Assembly: GCA_002401295.1 (NCBI GenBank)
Contig: NVSR01000011.1
Coordinates: 1-46,809, forward strand
Length of the DNA: 46,809 nt
Reading direction: 5' to 3'
From: SAR324 cluster bacterium
Lineage (GTDB): Bacteria; SAR324; XYD2-FULL-50-16
Shown: one piece after another, positions 38,505 through 46,809 of the stretch
How the letters are laid out: each line of letters begins with the position of its first letter
Position numbering within the stretch: the stretch's first letter is position 1
Made by a program: the position numbers and the translations under genes
The notes under the pieces: model-generated
What the model was told of the DNA's origin: nothing
Seen by the model: only the letters and a program-made list of their open reading frames with translations
The model's database searches: none

Positions 38505-38745
38505 AAGCAGACTCACTTTATCAATTATCCCCTATATTATAGTGGAGATTCTGGTTCAGAGGCATTCCTGTCTTTTGAATTCTACTCTTTGTTCCTGATT
38601 TGATAAAGTTGAGACTATTCGGTTTTTTTCTATCTCACCTGTTGTGTTGAGATAATTAGGCCATTATTTGCATGAAGATCGATTCTAGGCAAGCCCCAGC
38701 TCCAGGGAAGAGTATTTTATGACTATTTTCATAGAAAGTGCTCAT

Positions 38746-38801
38746 TGCATTCCAAATTGTTATCCAACGTATTAAAAACTCTTATTTGTATTATTTAAAA
38801 A
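38746..38801 (+). promoter_or_regulatory. Conserved 56-bp box, copy 1 (upstream of the ABC transporter)
   Basis: TGCATTCCAAATTGTTATCCAACGTATTAAAAACTCTTATTTGTATTATTTAAAAA. It aligns without gaps to the copies at 42994 and 44069. Confidence 0.6.
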
Positions 38802-39307
38802 TCTGACATAAGGTTTTCTTTCCTTTTAGGTGAAAATATAAAAGTGTTTTATTTTCATGAAAATATATAGATGCGGTCCTTCCCAGAATTTATTTTTTAT
38901 GGATATAAGAGACCAAAATTTTTCTTTTACCTTAGATCTTGTTCTTTATTACTAATCCTGTTAGAGTCGCCCCGTTCGTTATTTTAAACGATATTTGATA
39001 TTATAAATGTCGTTTTTACCTGTTCCAAAAATGGATTAACGAAACTGTGTTCTAATTGTTTTTTTCAATAAAAAAATAGCGTATCATTATAGAAAAGTTT
39101 ATTGGAGAAAAAGAAGCTAGATGCCTATTTTACAAACCTTGAAGAGAGAAAAGGATGATTATTTCTCACTTCTAGTGTCTTGTAGTTGGAATTCTTTTTT
39201 CAGAACAAGATTGAAGCTTTGTTTCAGATGATTTGCGGCTGATTAATGGCCGAAAATGGAACCTGCTTAGAAAGCGATTTGTTGAACTTATTGACCAAGG
39301 ATCGAAA

Positions 39308-40114
39308 ATGAAGAAGTGGCTAAGCCTGACAGTGACCCTATTTTTACTCAGTACCTTTAGCTTAACAGGCAGCGCGCTAGCGGAAGATGTAATCAGCACG
39401 ATTTTAAAGCGAGGCACCTTGCTGGTAGGAATGGAAGCTGGATACATGCCTTTTGAAATGAGAAACAAACGTGGTAAGATTGTAGGCTTTGATGTGGACA
39501 TCACCAGAGCATTAGCTAAGTCCATGGGCGTTAAAGTAGAATATATTAATACGAACTGGGATGGAATCATTCCCGCTCTGCAGACAAGGAAGTTTGATAT
39601 GATCGCTTCTGGTATGACGGTCACACAGAGTCGAAACTTGAAAATCAACTTCCCTACTCCTTACATCACTGTAGGCCAGACGATTTTGGTACGGAAAGGA
39701 CTGGAAGGAAAAATCAAGTCTTACAAAGATCTGAACAATCCTAAGTACACTGTAGCTTCCAAGCTGGGAACTACGGGTGAGCAAGCTGTGAAACGAATGA
39801 TCCCACGAGCGAAATACCTGTCTTTTGAGACAGAGCAGGAAGGTTCTTTAGAAGCCATCAACGGCAAAATTGATGCTTTTGTTTATGACTTGCCTTTCAA
39901 CGCCATCATGGCCAGCACAAAAGGAAAAGGACGAATCTTTCATATCGAAGAGCCTTTCACTTTTGAGCCTCTGGGATTCGCAATTCGAAGAAATGATCCT
40001 AATTTTCTGAACTTTCTGAATAACTTCATGCGTCAGATCAAAAATGACGGTACTTATGACCGCATTTACAAAAAGTGGCTTCAAAGTGCTAAGTGGCAGA
40101 AAAACGTCCAGTAA
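39308..40114 (+). CDS. Polar amino-acid ABC transporter substrate-binding protein (family 3)
   Basis: The signal peptide is MKKWLSLTVTLFLLSTFSLTGSALA. GMEAGYMPFE, GFDVDI and WDGIIPALQTRKFDMIASGMT are typical of HisJ/ArtJ/GlnH-type binders. Confidence 0.85.
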   Translation: MKKWLSLTVTLFLLSTFSLTGSALAEDVISTILKRGTLLVGMEAGYMPFEMRNKRGKIVGFDVDITRALAKSMGVKVEYINTNWDGIIPALQTRKFDMIASGMTVTQSRNLKINFPTPYITVGQTILVRKGLEGKIKSYKDLNNPKYTVASKLGTTGEQAVKRMIPRAKYLSFETEQEGSLEAINGKIDAFVYDLPFNAIMASTKGKGRIFHIEEPFTFEPLGFAIRRNDPNFLNFLNNFMRQIKNDGTYDRIYKKWLQSAKWQKNVQ

Positions 40115-40143
40115 TTGTTAATCAGTCAGACTCAAAATAAATT

Positions 40144-41106
40144 ATGTTAAAGGACGTCAAAAAGAACTTAATCTGGTACATCGCTTTAGTTGCAGTCATT
40201 CTGGCTACAGCGTTTGGGGCGATGAAAATGACCGAGCGCATCAATTACGAATGGTACTGGGGACGAGTACCTCAGTATTTCGTTTTTTCCGGTGATGAGG
40301 ATCAGTTTGCCGATGGTAACGGTGAAGCTGTGATCGAAGAGATTGATATGGATCAATCGAAAGTCATCCTGGAGTATGACAATGGGGAAAAGGACACCCT
40401 GATTCTACTCCAAGACAGCTTGATGATTGAAGATGGAGATTCTTTCAGTGAAGGGGATAAAATTGGTGCGATCCATGTGGTGAGAACAGGAATTCTGATA
40501 GAAGGCCTGATCACAACCTTGGAACTATCCCTCTACTCTGGAATCATAGCCTTGATCATCGGTCTCTTTATCGGTTTGGCCAGGGTCTCAAAAAATCCTT
40601 TATTTCGTGGATTGGCGAGTATCTATGTAGAAGTCATTCGTGGAACACCTCTACTGGTACAGATTTTCATTTTCTACTTTTTTGTAGGAACAGTGTTGGA
40701 CTTCAGCCGGTTTACGGCAGGAACTCTGGCATTGGCGATCTTTGCCGGTGCCTATGTGGGAGAAATTATTCGTGCCGGTATTCAGGCAGTGGATAAGGGA
40801 CAAATGGAAGCGGCTCGCTCCCTGGGCATGAACTATATGGAAGCGATGATTCATATCATCATGCCACAGGCGTTGAAGCGGGTTCTTCCTCCTTTGGCGG
40901 GACAGTTCATCTCTTTGATTAAGGATTCTTCTCTGGTTTCGGTTATCGCTATCACCGACCTGACAAAGGCCGGACGTGAAGTGATCACCTCAACTTTTGC
41001 AACCTTTGAAATCTGGTTTACCATTGCAGGAATGTACCTTGTATTGACATTCACTTTGTCTATGATAATCCGCTACATTGAAAGGAGATTTTCCGTCAGT
41101 GATTGA
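40144..41106 (+). CDS. Amino-acid ABC transporter permease (HisM/ArtQ family) with a roughly 100-aa N-terminal extension
   Basis: The EAA loop is [43 protein letters not shown] is also present. One N-terminal helix and an extra soluble segment precede the core. Confidence 0.85.
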   Translation: MLKDVKKNLIWYIALVAVILATAFGAMKMTERINYEWYWGRVPQYFVFSGDEDQFADGNGEAVIEEIDMDQSKVILEYDNGEKDTLILLQDSLMIEDGDSFSEGDKIGAIHVVRTGILIEGLITTLELSLYSGIIALIIGLFIGLARVSKNPLFRGLASIYVEVIRGTPLLVQIFIFYFFVGTVLDFSRFTAGTLALAIFAGAYVGEIIRAGIQAVDKGQMEAARSLGMNYMEAMIHIIMPQALKRVLPPLAGQFISLIKDSSLVSVIAITDLTKAGREVITSTFATFEIWFTIAGMYLVLTFTLSMIIRYIERRFSVSD

Positions 41107-41833
41107 TATTAAAGATATTTGCAAGACCTTCTACGTCGGCGAAACGGTCATCAAAGCGGTGGATCACGCCTCTTATCATGTAGATCAAGGGGATGTGGTG
41201 GTGATCATCGGTCCTTCCGGTTCAGGGAAATCTTCTTTCCTGCGTTGTTTGAATATGCTGGAAGAAATTGATTCCGGAAAAATCGTGATTGATGGCGTTG
41301 ATCTGACGGATAAAAAGACCAATATCAATAAGATCCGCGCGGAAGTCGGCATGGTTTTTCAGTCCTTTAACCTCTTTCCTCATAAGTCGGTTTTAGAAAA
41401 TGTGATGCTGGCACAAAAAATTGTGCGCAAGCGTAGTAAAACCGAAGCTAAAGAAATTGGTATGAAGTTGTTGGTTAAAGTAGGCATTGAAGAGAAAGCT
41501 GATGCCTATCCCAACCAATTATCAGGGGGACAGAAGCAGAGAGTGGCTATTGCCCGAGCTTTGGCCATGAACCCCAAAGTGATGCTTTTTGATGAACCTA
41601 CTTCGGCACTGGATCCGGAAATGGTAGGTGAAGTCTTGGATGTGATGAAGTCTCTAGCTCGTGAAGGCATGACCATGGTGGTCGTGACTCATGAAATGGG
41701 TTTCGCCAGGGAAGTTGCGGATAAAGTGATCATGATGGATGCCGGACAAATCTTGGAAGTTGGTGATCCAGAGCATTTTTTCACCAACCCAACCCACAAA
41801 AGAACTCAGGCCTTCCTTTCTCAAATTATCTAA
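41099..41833 (+). CDS. Amino-acid ABC transporter ATP-binding protein
   Basis: Walker A is GPSGSGKS, the signature is LSGGQKQR and Walker B is [11 protein letters not shown]. The GTG at 41099 overlaps the permease stop (GTGATTGA). The track lists a TTG at 41078. Confidence 0.9.
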   Translation: MIDIKDICKTFYVGETVIKAVDHASYHVDQGDVVVIIGPSGSGKSSFLRCLNMLEEIDSGKIVIDGVDLTDKKTNINKIRAEVGMVFQSFNLFPHKSVLENVMLAQKIVRKRSKTEAKEIGMKLLVKVGIEEKADAYPNQLSGGQKQRVAIARALAMNPKVMLFDEPTSALDPEMVGEVLDVMKSLAREGMTMVVVTHEMGFAREVADKVIMMDAGQILEVGDPEHFFTNPTHKRTQAFLSQII

Positions 41834-41850
41834 AGAGTCTGCACTCCTTT

Positions 41851-41881
41851 CTCCTTCTCACATGCCTTGTGTGAGAAGGAG
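41851..41881. terminator. Bidirectional terminator hairpin between the ABC ATPase and the LysR gene
   Basis: Perfect 12-bp stem CTCCTTCTCACA-tgccttg-TGTGAGAAGGAG between convergent stops. Confidence 0.6.
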
Positions 41882-41883
41882 GA

Positions 41884-42756
41884 TTAATGCCCAAAAGATT
41901 GCAATAAGTCGAGAAAAGCTTGGGACGCATTGGACTGAGTTCGGCTCTTCTGGTAGATGCAGCCGATTTGTCGACTGAATTGAATATCTTTGATCTCCAA
42001 AATCTTCAATTGTTGATCAATAACTCTCCTTGGTAGTACCCCCCAACCAAAGCCCGCAGTCACTAAAACCTTAATAGCTTCAATATAATCCGTATTCCCT
42101 GTGACCTTTAGCTCCAAATTCTGCTCCTCAAAAAATTTATTGATGATTTTCCTGGTGAATGTGGTTTCCCCCGGAAGCACGGCCCTATATTGACTCAAAT
42201 CTTCCATTTTAGGATTTGCCAATTGGGCTAGAGGGTGGTCAGCAGAAGTAGCGAAATCTAGTGCTTCTAACCAAAGAGGGGTGAAACAGATTTGAGGACT
42301 GAGCTTGGCGGGAGAGGTGATAATCGCCAAGTCCAACTTACCTTGCAGAACACTTGCATATGCGCTCTCTGAGGACATAAAATCAAAATGCAAGGTGACA
42401 TCCGTAAAGGAATGAATGAACTCATGTAGAATTTGAGGTAGATGATATAAACCAATATGTTGGGTAGTTGCAACGGTCAAATGCCCCGCAACATTGCCCG
42501 ACAGGTTTTGCAAGGTACGAAGGGCATTATCCGCTTCCCCTATAATACGGTAAGCATGGGGCAAGAGTGTTTTACCTGCTTCCGTTAAATAAATTTTTCT
42601 CCCTATGCGATCAAACAATCGCTTTCCCAGATGTGTCTCCAGAGTTGCAATCCGTTTGCTCACAGCGGGTTGAGTCAGGTGTAACTTTTCCGCGGCTAAG
42701 GAAAATGAATTGAGTTCAGCTGCGGTGACCAGCGCTTGTAGGGATTCCAGATTCAT
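41884..42756 (-). CDS. LysR-family transcriptional regulator
   Basis: 290 aa. The N-terminal wHTH is FSLAAEKLHLTQPAVSKRIATLE. It is divergent from the amidinotransferase-fold gene. Confidence 0.9.
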   Translation of the reverse strand: MNLESLQALVTAAELNSFSLAAEKLHLTQPAVSKRIATLETHLGKRLFDRIGRKIYLTEAGKTLLPHAYRIIGEADNALRTLQNLSGNVAGHLTVATTQHIGLYHLPQILHEFIHSFTDVTLHFDFMSSESAYASVLQGKLDLAIITSPAKLSPQICFTPLWLEALDFATSADHPLAQLANPKMEDLSQYRAVLPGETTFTRKIINKFFEEQNLELKVTGNTDYIEAIKVLVTAGFGWGVLPRRVIDQQLKILEIKDIQFSRQIGCIYQKSRTQSNASQAFLDLLQSFGH

Positions 42757-42993
42757 GACTACTTTTCAGCTCAGTGGTTGTAGGTTTTTCTGTGTCATTC
42801 CGAGCGAAATAAGATCTCTTGTTGAGATGATCAAATGCCGCTCATGAGTTCAGTTGGTTATGAGAACTTCCAACTCTCGAATTTTTAGTGGAGTGCTTTT
42901 AAAAAGAAATTGGGCTTGGTGGTTCATTGCAAATTATTATCCATCCTTTGTAAAGGTGTGATTTTTGTTATCTAACTGTGCCAAATCGACTGG

Positions 42994-43049
42994 TGCATTC
43001 CGAATGGTTATCTATTGTATTAAAAATTCTCATTAGTGTTATTTGAAAG
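42994..43049 (+). promoter_or_regulatory. Conserved 56-bp box, copy 2 (upstream of the amidinotransferase-fold gene)
   Basis: TGCATTCCGAATGGTTATCTATTGTATTAAAAATTCTCATTAGTGTTATTTGAAAG. A TAGAGT hexamer lies 17 nt after the TAGTGT element. Confidence 0.6.
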
Positions 43050-43081
43050 GTTAAAGTAGAGTATTTCCAAACTCACCTCTT

Positions 43082-43168
43082 ATGATGATTATCTGTCCTG
43101 TCAAATTCACTTTTTGCCTGGTAAAGCAATGTCAAGTTCTTCAATACAAAATGCGAATGCTATCTTAA
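43082..43168 (+). other. 28-codon upstream ORF that is a decayed copy of the astA start region
   Basis: ATGATGATTATCTGTCCTGTCAAATTC compares with the astA start ATGATGATTATCCGCCCTGCCGAATCT. The differences over this stretch are all transitions. It overlaps the ATG at 43129 out of frame. Confidence 0.3.
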
Positions 43169-44082
43169 TGGTTCGACCTTGGGATTTTAAATACAACGAA
43201 CAAACTGCTGGGGACAATGAATTCCAGCAACGTCCCGGAATAGAGTTACAAGACAAAGTTCATCAATTAGTAATGAATGAATTTGCGCTGATGGAGCAAT
43301 CTCTTCGTCGAGAAGGAGTAAAGGTCTTGGTTTTAGAAAAAAACCATACACTACTGGAAACTCCAGATGCGGTATTCCCTAATAATTGGTTTTCCACTGG
43401 CGCTGATGGCAGTGTATTGGTCTATCCGATGTTAGCTGAGAACCGCAACCAGGAGCGGCGGATTGAAGACGTAGAGCAATTACTGGTGGAGCATGATTTT
43501 CAGATTCGAAATCTACTTTATATCGGACGCCCCAACGAACCTAAGTGGATTCTTGAAGGTACTGGTGCGATGATCATTGATCATCGAAGAGGACAAGTTT
43601 TTGCTGCCCGCTCCGAAAGGTGTCATGAACGACAGTTTGAAAATTTCATCACTACAAGGGGCTATGAGCAAGGCTTCTTGTTCGATACCTTGGGGTCTAG
43701 TGGAAAGCCTATCTATCATACAAATGTAATGATGAGTATTGGTGATGGATTTGCCGTGATTTGTTCCGAGTGTTTTGCTGATAAAGCAGAACTAAAGCAA
43801 GTATTGGATAACTTATCAGAGGATCGGGAGATCATTGAAATTTCTATCTCTCAAATGGAACAACAGTTTTGTGGAAATATTCTGCAAATTAGGAATGAAA
43901 AGGGTGAGCCCTTGATTGCCATGTCTCGCAGTGCTTTTGAGGGATTTACCAGCCGACAGAAAGATATCTTGGAAAAACAAGGGAAAATATTGGCAATGGA
44001 TGTTAATACTATTGAAATTATTGGTGGTGGTAGTGTGCGCTGTATGATGGCAGAGATTTTCTTGCCTTCAGATTCCATATAG
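43129..44082 (+). CDS. Amidinotransferase-fold (GME superfamily) hydrolase, arginine-deiminase-related/CtlX-like
   Basis: ILMVRPWDFKYNEQTA is the N-terminus. The C-terminus GGGSVRCMMAEIF carries the catalytic Cys of the guanidino-modifying enzyme fold. The size of about 317 aa is far shorter than AstB. The CtlX assignment is from memory only. Confidence 0.7.
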   Translation: MSSSSIQNANAILMVRPWDFKYNEQTAGDNEFQQRPGIELQDKVHQLVMNEFALMEQSLRREGVKVLVLEKNHTLLETPDAVFPNNWFSTGADGSVLVYPMLAENRNQERRIEDVEQLLVEHDFQIRNLLYIGRPNEPKWILEGTGAMIIDHRRGQVFAARSERCHERQFENFITTRGYEQGFLFDTLGSSGKPIYHTNVMMSIGDGFAVICSECFADKAELKQVLDNLSEDREIIEISISQMEQQFCGNILQIRNEKGEPLIAMSRSAFEGFTSRQKDILEKQGKILAMDVNTIEIIGGGSVRCMMAEIFLPSDSI

Positions 44083-44124
44083 TTATCCTATGCATTAAAA
44101 ATGCTTATTTGTATTACTTGAAGA
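44069..44124 (+). promoter_or_regulatory. Conserved 56-bp box, copy 3 (upstream of astA; it begins inside the last codons of the preceding gene)
   Basis: CAGATTCCATATAGTTATCCTATGCATTAAAAATGCTTATTTGTATTACTTGAAGA. TTGTAT-(17 nt)-TAAAAT gives a plausible -35/-10 pair. Confidence 0.6.
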
Positions 44125-44218
44125 GCTCACGTAAAATACTTAAAGAAAAAGCAAACAGGCTCCCCGCTGATTTTGAGGGGATAAATTATATATAAAAAAT
44201 ATTACAGAGAGTAGTTTT

Positions 44219-45247
44219 ATGATGATTATCCGCCCTGCCGAATCTAAAGATTTGGATGCACTGAGTAATTTAGCCGAACGAGTTGGTGTTGGTTTTACAT
44301 CCTTGCCCTCCGACCCTGATTTGATTGCATCAAAGATCGAACGTGCGGAGCAAGCCTTTTCCAGTGAAGCCAGCCCGGAAAAAAACTCAAGCTATCTTTT
44401 TATGCTGGAAGATACGGATACTGGGAAAATAGCTGGGATTTGTGGTATTGAATCTGCTCTTGGTTTGGAAGAACCCTGGTATAACTTCCGGATGGGGACT
44501 TTGGTTCATTCCTCTGTCAATCTGGGAGTCTTCGAGAAAAAGACAACCTTAAATTTGAGTAATGACCATACTGGCTATTCTGAGCTCTGTACTCTGTTTC
44601 TCGATAAAGATTACCGGCACAGTAAAAACGGAAGCTTGTTATCGAAGAGTCGTTTTATGTTCCTGGCTGCTTTCCCTGACCGCTTCCATGAGAGAGTTAT
44701 AGCGGAAATGAGAGGTGTTTCCGATGAAGAGGGGAATTCTCCTTTCTGGGAAGGATTAGGTCGTCATTTTTTCAATATGGACTTTGCGAAGGCCGATTAT
44801 CTTTCAGGATTAGGGAATAAAACTTTTATCGCTGAATTGATGCCGAAACTCCCGATTTATACCTCCTTATTGAGCAAAGAGACTCAAGAGGTGATAGGTA
44901 AGGTACACGCACAAACAATACCTGCATTGAAACTCCTGGAACACGAAGGCTTTTGCAACGAGGGGTATGTGGATATCTTCGATGGTGGGGCAACTATTGA
45001 AGCAAAGGTTGGGAGCATTCGGGCGGTCAAGGATTGCAATAGCTTCCAAGTAGCCATTGGTCCGGAAGTGGAAGAGGGGACTTTGTATTTGGTCAGCAAC
45101 AAAAAGCTAAAGGAATTTCGCGCCTGCTTACTTCGTTTGAATAGCTTGCATGGCGATTCTGTGGCATTACCAGAGGAGATGGCAGCACAGTTAGGCATTG
45201 CTGAAGGGGATCAAGTTCAAGTCGTTCCGCTTTCTGCCCGATCATAG
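44219..45247 (+). CDS. astA: Arginine N-succinyltransferase
   Basis: 342 aa. MMIIRPAESKDLDALSNLAERVGVGFTSLPSDPDLIASKIERAEQAF is collinear with the E. coli AstA N-terminus (MMVIRPVERSD...GGGLTSLP...ARIERA). Confidence 0.88.
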   Translation: MMIIRPAESKDLDALSNLAERVGVGFTSLPSDPDLIASKIERAEQAFSSEASPEKNSSYLFMLEDTDTGKIAGICGIESALGLEEPWYNFRMGTLVHSSVNLGVFEKKTTLNLSNDHTGYSELCTLFLDKDYRHSKNGSLLSKSRFMFLAAFPDRFHERVIAEMRGVSDEEGNSPFWEGLGRHFFNMDFAKADYLSGLGNKTFIAELMPKLPIYTSLLSKETQEVIGKVHAQTIPALKLLEHEGFCNEGYVDIFDGGATIEAKVGSIRAVKDCNSFQVAIGPEVEEGTLYLVSNKKLKEFRACLLRLNSLHGDSVALPEEMAAQLGIAEGDQVQVVPLSARS

Positions 45248-45268
45248 TATTCAAGATTAGATTGATGT

Positions 45269-45294
45269 CATGGGTATCTAGGATGATACCCATG
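45269..45294. terminator. Perfect 10-bp hairpin after astA
   Basis: CATGGGTATC-taggat-GATACCCATG, starting 22 nt after the astA stop. Confidence 0.45.
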
Positions 45295-45306
45295 ATATGC
45301 CTCTAA

Positions 45307-45321
45307 GTCGGCAAAGCCGAC
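45307..45321. terminator. Short GC hairpin before the convergent outer-membrane protein gene stop
   Basis: GTCGGC-aaa-GCCGAC. The minus strand reads GAGGTCGGCTTTGCCGAC, which resembles the GTAGG-type elements. Confidence 0.35.
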
Positions 45322-45334
45322 CTCATTCGAGAGC

Positions 45335-46003
45335 TTAGAATGCAAAACCGATAGTGAGGTTAAGAACCCCTGGGAAAGAAGAAGCTTTGTTCAAAAAATC
45401 TCCAAATTCTGTCAAATCTTTTTCCGCATCAGCAGCATCTTGAGTGTTGCTAAAACCATTAGCAGTTATGGTTGCTGTAGAAGAAGAACTCAGCAGTGCC
45501 GACCCTAAGGCCCAATCAGCACCAAGCACTAGTCCCCAACCAAAGGACCATTGATTACCGATACCAATTGTGGCGACCGTAGCTTTAGCTTCCAAATCAG
45601 CTGTAGCTGATTCTGTCACTATAGTAAAACCGGATCTAACGCTTTTAGTGACTACAGCGCTAGCTTTCCAGTTACGTTGATGAACAGCAAACAAGATATT
45701 GAAAGAATTGCCCGTAAACCAACGAGCGTAAATTCCCTGGTTGCTAAAATCAGCAGAGGACTTAGTATCCCCATCATCCTGGTCCAAGGATTTAGAACCA
45801 CTTTCGATTCCAAATAACCAACTATCTCCAAGGTAGAAACCGATTCCGACTGGAGGAGCTACCAAAGTGGGAATATGGATCCCAACAGGGGTGATTCCCA
45901 GAAAAATTGTTTTATCAGCCCTTACTTTCTGTGATTCCTGCGCCAAAGCAACATTATAGAACATTGCGCATATTGCTAAACATATGATTAAAATGCGTTT
46001 CAT
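45335..46003 (-). CDS. Small outer-membrane beta-barrel protein
   Basis: 222 aa. The signal peptide is MKRILIICLAICAMFYNVALAQE. The body has alternating hydrophobic strands. The C-terminus ...LTIGFAF ends in Phe, as in OMP sorting signals. Confidence 0.6.
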   Translation of the reverse strand: MKRILIICLAICAMFYNVALAQESQKVRADKTIFLGITPVGIHIPTLVAPPVGIGFYLGDSWLFGIESGSKSLDQDDGDTKSSADFSNQGIYARWFTGNSFNILFAVHQRNWKASAVVTKSVRSGFTIVTESATADLEAKATVATIGIGNQWSFGWGLVLGADWALGSALLSSSSTATITANGFSNTQDAADAEKDLTEFGDFLNKASSFPGVLNLTIGFAF

Positions 46004-46036
46004 GAGTACCTCTTCTTTTGATCTAGATAATTTCTA

Positions 46037-46093
46037 AAGGTTTTATTGAAAAACCTTCAAAATAGTTGTAAAAAAGTTTAACTTTTTACAACT
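46037..46093. promoter_or_regulatory. Two adjacent AT-rich palindromes between the thiolase and outer-membrane protein genes (terminator or operator)
   Basis: AAGGTTTT-attga-AAAACCTT lies at 46037..46057. AGTTGTAAAAAAGTT-TAACTTTTTACAACT lies at 46064..46093. Confidence 0.3.
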
Positions 46094-46227
46094 AACAACC
46101 TGCTTTGTATGGGAGAATTAGTTTCCTGTCAAATCAAGGGATGGGATAATATCTTTAAATAAATCATATAGTTAAATGACACAACACTGACCTTGATGGT
46201 TCACCAGAAATTTATTCTCCAATAGCA

Positions 46228-46809
46228 TCAAACTTTTTCCAGTACTACAGATATTCCTTGTCCAACACCTACGCACATACTGCATAAGGCCCGTTTGCCA
46301 CCAGTTCGTTGCAATTGGCGCACGGCGGAGATTATCAGGCGGGCTCCACTCATGCCTAAGGGGTGGCCCAGTGCGATGGCTCCACCTTGGGGATTGATCC
46401 GTGGATCATTATCGGCCAGTCCTAGCTCTCGGCTGCAAGCCAGAGCTTGGGCGGCGAAGGCCTCATTTAGCTCGATAATATCCATCTGATCCATACTGAG
46501 GTTGAGTCGCTTGAACAGTTTGTTCGTTGCGTTAACTGGACCGATTCCCATAATACGAGGTGCTACACCCGCCACATCCATACCCAAAACTCGGGCCTGT
46601 GGTTGAAGACCATAGCGTTTGATAGCTGCTTCCGATGCGAGGATTATAGCCGCCGCACCGTCATTGAGGCCGGAAGCATTTCCGGCAGTGACAGTAGATT
46701 CGCCACCAAAGATTGTTCTCAACTGAGATAGTTTCTCCAGGGACGTTTGACGGAGGTGCTCATCTTGATCCGCGATGAGAGCAGCGCCTCTGCGTTGGGG
46801 AATGGTCAC
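46228..46809 (-). CDS. Acetyl-CoA C-acyltransferase (thiolase), C-terminal part; the gene continues beyond the window
   Basis: [27 protein letters not shown] and the C-terminal CVGVGQG are thiolase signatures. The frame is open to the window edge. Confidence 0.9.
   Translation of the reverse strand: MTIPQRRGAALIADQDEHLRQTSLEKLSQLRTIFGGESTVTAGNASGLNDGAAAIILASEAAIKRYGLQPQARVLGMDVAGVAPRIMGIGPVNATNKLFKRLNLSMDQMDIIELNEAFAAQALACSRELGLADNDPRINPQGGAIALGHPLGMSGARLIISAVRQLQRTGGKRALCSMCVGVGQGISVVLEKV

Noticed and set aside
39172-39648. 158-aa ORF antisense to the substrate-binding protein gene
   Set aside because: It is a shadow ORF opposite a gene with a clear signal peptide and family-3 binding-protein motifs.

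Overview
This 46.8-kb window is chromosomal DNA from a Gram-negative, flagellated, nitrate-respiring bacterium. I cannot assign a taxon by eye. All calls come from reading the ORF translations and the DNA; no database search or HMM was run.

Gene content, left to right:
- Thiamine genes: thiC (5' end cut by the window edge), a ThiE/TenI-like gene, thiG and thiH. No thiS is present.
- lpxA.
- A cNMP-binding hybrid histidine kinase and a methyl-accepting chemotaxis protein (MCP).
- A periplasmic nitrate reductase locus on the minus strand: napL-like, napD, napA, napG, napH, napB and a napF-like gene.
- An NAD-related trio: pncB, a divergent nadK-like gene and prs.
- A flagellar hook operon: fliJ-like, MotE-like, fliK, flgD, flgE.
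- metK, an HPr-like gene, aroE and a CHASE2 nucleotide cyclase.
- ppiD, a ZapB-like gene and two unknown envelope proteins.
- A bacterial cereblon-type (CULT) protein.
- A polar amino-acid ABC transporter, a LysR regulator, an amidinotransferase-fold hydrolase and astA.
- A small outer-membrane barrel and a partial thiolase gene.

I saw no rRNA, tRNA, CRISPR array, integrase or transposase. I did not find an intact, obviously novel multi-gene system.

The only clearly accessory segment is 9.15-12.78 kb. It sits between napB and the napF-like gene. It carries an intact orphan N6-adenine methyltransferase, two gene stumps, and several repeat and hairpin families.

Other points worth follow-up:
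- A pair of hairpins that differ by compensatory substitutions.
- A 56-bp box present three times in front of arginine/amino-acid genes, together with a duplicated astA 5' end.
- An A9 tract that uncouples an ATG plus signal peptide from its 313-codon ORF.
- The CULT-domain protein.
- An astA gene with no other AST pathway genes nearby.
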